Below are positions 60,201 to 64,000 of a stretch of 64,000 bases of DNA, piece after piece. The position numbers and the translations under genes were made by a program. How positions within the stretch are numbered: the first letter of the stretch is position 1; each line of letters begins with the position of its first letter. The stretch spans positions 28,148,001-28,212,000 of the forward strand of contig CM060734.1 of NCBI GenBank assembly GCA_030704615.1. Direction: 5' to 3'. The notes beneath the pieces are model-generated. The model searched no databases. It was given only the letters and a program-made list of their open reading frames with translations, and was not told where the DNA came from. This stretch comes from Takakia lepidozioides. Lineage: Eukaryota > Plantae > Bryophyta.

Positions 60201-63200
60201 TTCGGGTGGCAGAAGGAGATGAGGAGAAGACCGCGTGCAGGACAAGGTATGGTTCATATGAGTTCTTGGTGATGCCTTTTGGGCTCACCAATGCACCAGC
60301 GACATTTAGCACGCTGATGAACAGCCTTTTCCAGGAGTGGTTGGATGACTTTGTGATCGTGTACATCGACGACATCTTGGTGTACTCGAAAACAAAGGAG
60401 GAGCACCTGGAGCACCTCAAAAGGGTGTTCCAAAAATTGCGGGAAGGGAAGCTGTATGCCAAAGCTTCAAAGTGCGAATTCGGGGTCACAAAAGTGGAGT
60501 TCCTGGGGCATGTGATTACACAGGATGGGATCAAAATGGATGACAGAAAGGTGAGGGCGATCTTGGACTGGGAGCCTCCGACTTCGGTCCCGGGAGTGCG
60601 ATCCTTCCTAGGACTCGCCTCCTATTACCGGAAGTATGTGAGAAATTTCGCCAAGATCGCGGGGCCGCTGTCGGACCTTCTGTGTAAATCCAAAGTCTGG
60701 GTATGGAACACATTTTGTGGCCAAGCTTTTGCTGAATTGAAGCAGCGGATGACGGAAGCTCCAGTCTTGAAAATCCCGGAGTTCGATCGTCCGTTTGAGA
60801 TTCATACAGATGCATCGGACTTCGCGATTGGGGGTGTACTTATGCAAGATGGACGACCAGTGGCTTACGAAAGTAAGAAACTGAATGAAGTGGAGCGACG
60901 GTGGCCGACGCACGAAAAAGAGATGAAGGCGGTGGTGCATTGCCTTGAACTCTGGCGCCACTATGTTGGTTCCAACCCAGTGAAGGTGTTCACGGACAAT
61001 GTCACGGTGAAGTATTTTGCCACGCAGCCCAAGTTGTCCCCAAAACAACTTAGGTGGCAAGATACTTTGGCAGTGTTCGACGTGGATATCCAGTACAAAC
61101 CGGGACGGGACAATGTGGTGGCCGATGCTTTAAGTAGAAAGCAGCAGCTCTTGTTGGTGTACAAGGGCGAGACGGCGCTCCAAAGGAAGATCCGGAAGGC
61201 TTGCCGGAAGGATGAGCTGGCAAAGCGCGTGATGCAGGACTTGAGAATGGGGGTTAAATCGCAGTTCCACTTGCAAAAAGGACTGCTCCGGTATAAGCAA
61301 AAACGTCTCTATGTGCCAAAGGGAGGGATCAGAGATAGCCTCTTGAGAGAATGCCATGATAGCCCGCTTGCGGGCCACGGCGGAGCCAAGCGCACTGCGG
61401 CACTCTTGAAGAAAGAGTATTTCTGGCCCAAACTGAGGGAGGAGGCAGAGGAGTATGTCAAGACATGCACCACATGCCAACAAAACCGGAGCGAGTACAA
61501 AAAGCAAGCGGGGCTGTTACAACCCTTGCCGATTCCAGAGGGGACTTGGGAAAGCGTCTCGATGGATTTCATGACTGCTATGCCGCTGTCAAAAGGATTC
61601 GATGCAATCATGGTGGTGGTAGATAGGTTCAGTAAAATGGCCCATTTCATCCCCACCAAGGAACGGCAACGGCGCAGGAGACAGGCGACTTTACTTCGCC
61701 CACGTCTTAAAGCATCATGGAGTCCCGAAGGATATTGTCTCGGACCGCGACCCAAAGTTTACGAGTAAATTTTGGAGAGCACTTTGGAAGAAGATGGGGA
61801 CGAGGCTGAAGATGAGCACCGCCTTCCGACCTACGACGGACGGCCAAACGGAAAGAGTGAATTCCGTAGTGAAGCAATTCTTGCGGAATTACGTGTCGGC
61901 AGACCAATCAGACTGGATGGAACACTTAGACGCGGCAGAGTTCTGTTATAATAACACAGAACACTCCGCGACGGGAGTTTCCCCTTTTGTGTTGGTCTAT
62001 GGAAAAGCACCTCTGGTGCCGACAAGTTGGGCCGCCCAGGACGTTGAGGAACCGGCAGTAGCGGCGGTGCTGGAAGAACGCGAGCGTTTGTTGAAGCTCG
62101 CAAAGTACAACATTGCCAAAGCTAGGAAACGGTATGAAAGGCAGGCGAATCGGAAGCGGAGGGAAGTGAAGTTTGAGGCAGGCACAGAGGTCTGGTTGAA
62201 CATCAAGAATTTTCGACTACCTCCGGAAGTGAGTCCGAAGTTCGTACCTCCGTATGCGGGTCCCTTTCGCATTCGGAGGGTTATGAATGAGGATGTGTAT
62301 GAATTGGAGCTGCCGGCAAACAGCAAGGTGCACCCAGTATTCCATGTCTCCCTTTTGAAGCCTTACTTCAAAGATGAAGCACGTCCGAATCGGCAGCAAG
62401 TGTTGCGTCCGCCACCTATGCTGTTGGATCATGAAAATGAACCGAGTACGAGGTGGAGGCAATACTTAAGTCGAGGAGGTTCAAGAACCGAGAAACGGAG
62501 TATCTCGTCAAATGGAAGGGCTATCATCTTGTGGAGGCATCTTGGGTGCGTGCCTCAGAAATGGGAAACGCATCCGAGGCAGTTGCAGCGTTCGAAGGGC
62601 GACCTCAAAAGCGGAAGAAACGTTGATGGGGACATCAACCTTGGAGCGTGGGGGAGGAAATGCATACTTAGCCCGGTTTAGCTAGCTCAGGAATCCGATT
62701 GCAAAAACTTGTATTGTACAAAAATTTGTTATAAAGGAAATGGGTTCCAAATATTGTGCGTCCTATTGTGTTTGAAATGGTGATGCATGGTGTGGTTGAC
62801 TAGTGTGTAGAATGCATGCTAGCTTACAAAAGTAGGAGAGGTAAATTGAGTTAATCGTGTGTTTGCGCAGTGCCGAAATCGGGTGACTCCCATCCAAGGG
62901 GCAAGGAAACTTGCGCCTTATTTGGGAGTTCAAGTGCTAGTGCGCACCTGGCGCGTGCGCGTACTATAACTGCGCTACCGAGGGGGTTGCCTTGTAGTGC
63001 GGGCTAACGCGGAAGCTACGTGCTTCCGTTCACGTACTATAATCGTGTAGCCTCGGGACGAAGTCGTAGTGCGGCTTCGGCGTGTTCCTGTACCTCAGGC
63101 CAGCATTCCAAGGCGGACCCAATTGTAGTGATTGGGGCGCACGGTTGGTTCAAGGTTATCTTCCTAGTCAAAGAGGGTTCCAGGTGAACCCTTGCTCAAG

Positions 63201-64000
63201 GTGATGCCAAAAGCGGCATCATGAGCGATCGCAAGCAATGTTGTTGCAGTAAGGCGATTCGATCCTCGGGGAGGATCGTTCCTTGGCCTTGAAGTAGGCC
63301 AAGAAGAGTGCACTGGGAGGAGCTGGAGAGGCTCCACCCTTGGCCGGGACTTGGAGGAAGTCGGCCGAACTAGCTAGTGGAGAGTGGAGTCAAGTGTGGG
63401 GTTTGGTTCTTTGCCATGGGACGCCATGGTACGGAAACAAACTCCTTGATGTGGGACGCCACAACTTGGATGTTCGTTTCTACAAAATGGACAAGTCGAT
63501 GAGGACATCGACTCCCTGTTGGTAGGGGTGTGTGTCGCGGCCCTTTGCCTTGAGGGCAGGGGGTCGGGACACATGAGGGGCTGCCCCTGTGGTGGGGGCA
63601 GCGGCGGCGATAGGTATGGGGGGCTGAAGCACCCTTGAGTGCCCAAGGCACTCAAGGAGGCGGAGGCGCTCACTAGGTGGAGCCCCGCACACCGGGTTGC
63701 GGTGGAGGTGGCTCCACAAGGGGTGGTGGTAGCTTAGTGGGACTTAGTGGGGGTGGCATAGGACTCACCATGGGGTGGAGACCTCGAGGTGGGAGTCGTG
63801 GGGAGTCTTGGGACTCATCACGGTCCATTGGGGCCGCGGTGAGTGGGCCAAGACTCACCGCGACTCACCACCGGGAGTCGAGGGTTTTCGTGGTGGTTCG
63901 CCATAAAATGGCATGGCTGGTTATGAAACCCCCGCGGACAGCTACAGAAGTATATATAGGGAGTAGTAACCCCGAGAACGGTGCAAGCCCGTTGGTGACC
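57291..64000 (+). mobile_element. Chromovirus copy 3 (5' LTR 57291-58014; 3' LTR from 63533, cut by window end)
   Basis: Same family as copy 1, PBS at 58017-58028, 825-aa pol ORF at 59291-61768. Confidence 0.95.
58070..62626 (+). CDS. gag-pol polyprotein with chromodomain (few frameshifts)
   Basis: ORFs 58476..59309 (gag, CCHC), 59291..61768 (PR-RT-RH-IN) and 61794.. (IN C-terminus). The chromodomain is in a shifted frame ending at TGA 62624-62626. Confidence 0.92.

Overview
This 64 kb window is eukaryotic, most likely a land plant, and perhaps a non-seed plant (inference from a tRNA-Met-primed chromovirus, a CACTA remnant and GT-AG introns). It is almost entirely nested transposons, with no recognisable host gene. 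The main feature is a large DNA transposon present as two diverged subfamilies, here called A and B. Both have termini GGGGGCTGCTATTTCATGAGC / GAGGTTTRCTATTTCATGAGC. The one complete copy (12600-32262) has a 5-bp TSD (TGTAC). Each subfamily carries two divergently transcribed, intron-containing genes. One is a Mutator-related transposase (GCM-like Zn finger, DDE core with CxxH, SWIM). The other is a large gene joining a ParB/Srx-like domain (WDGNHR) to a bacterial-type beta-class N4C/N6A DNA methyltransferase-like domain with an altered motif IV (DIPD). Between and inside these genes lie arrays of a 22-bp palindrome that is subfamily-specific by a compensatory change (A: GGAAATGCGGYRCCGCATTTCC; B: GGAAATTCGGCGCCGAATTTCC). 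The palindromes are spaced at about 53 bp (A) or about 95 bp (B), close to 5 or 9 helical turns. B copies sit twice inside A transposase genes, and a young Ty3/Gypsy chromovirus (3 copies) sits twice inside the B ParB-MTase gene. The window also holds two non-chromoviral Gypsy fragments (one with a ~920-codon extra ORF), a CACTA remnant and an unknown head-to-head paralog pair carried by element A. Many single-base frameshifts look like long-read consensus errors, so CDS versus pseudogene status is uncertain. Domain calls come from motif recognition by eye; no database search was run.
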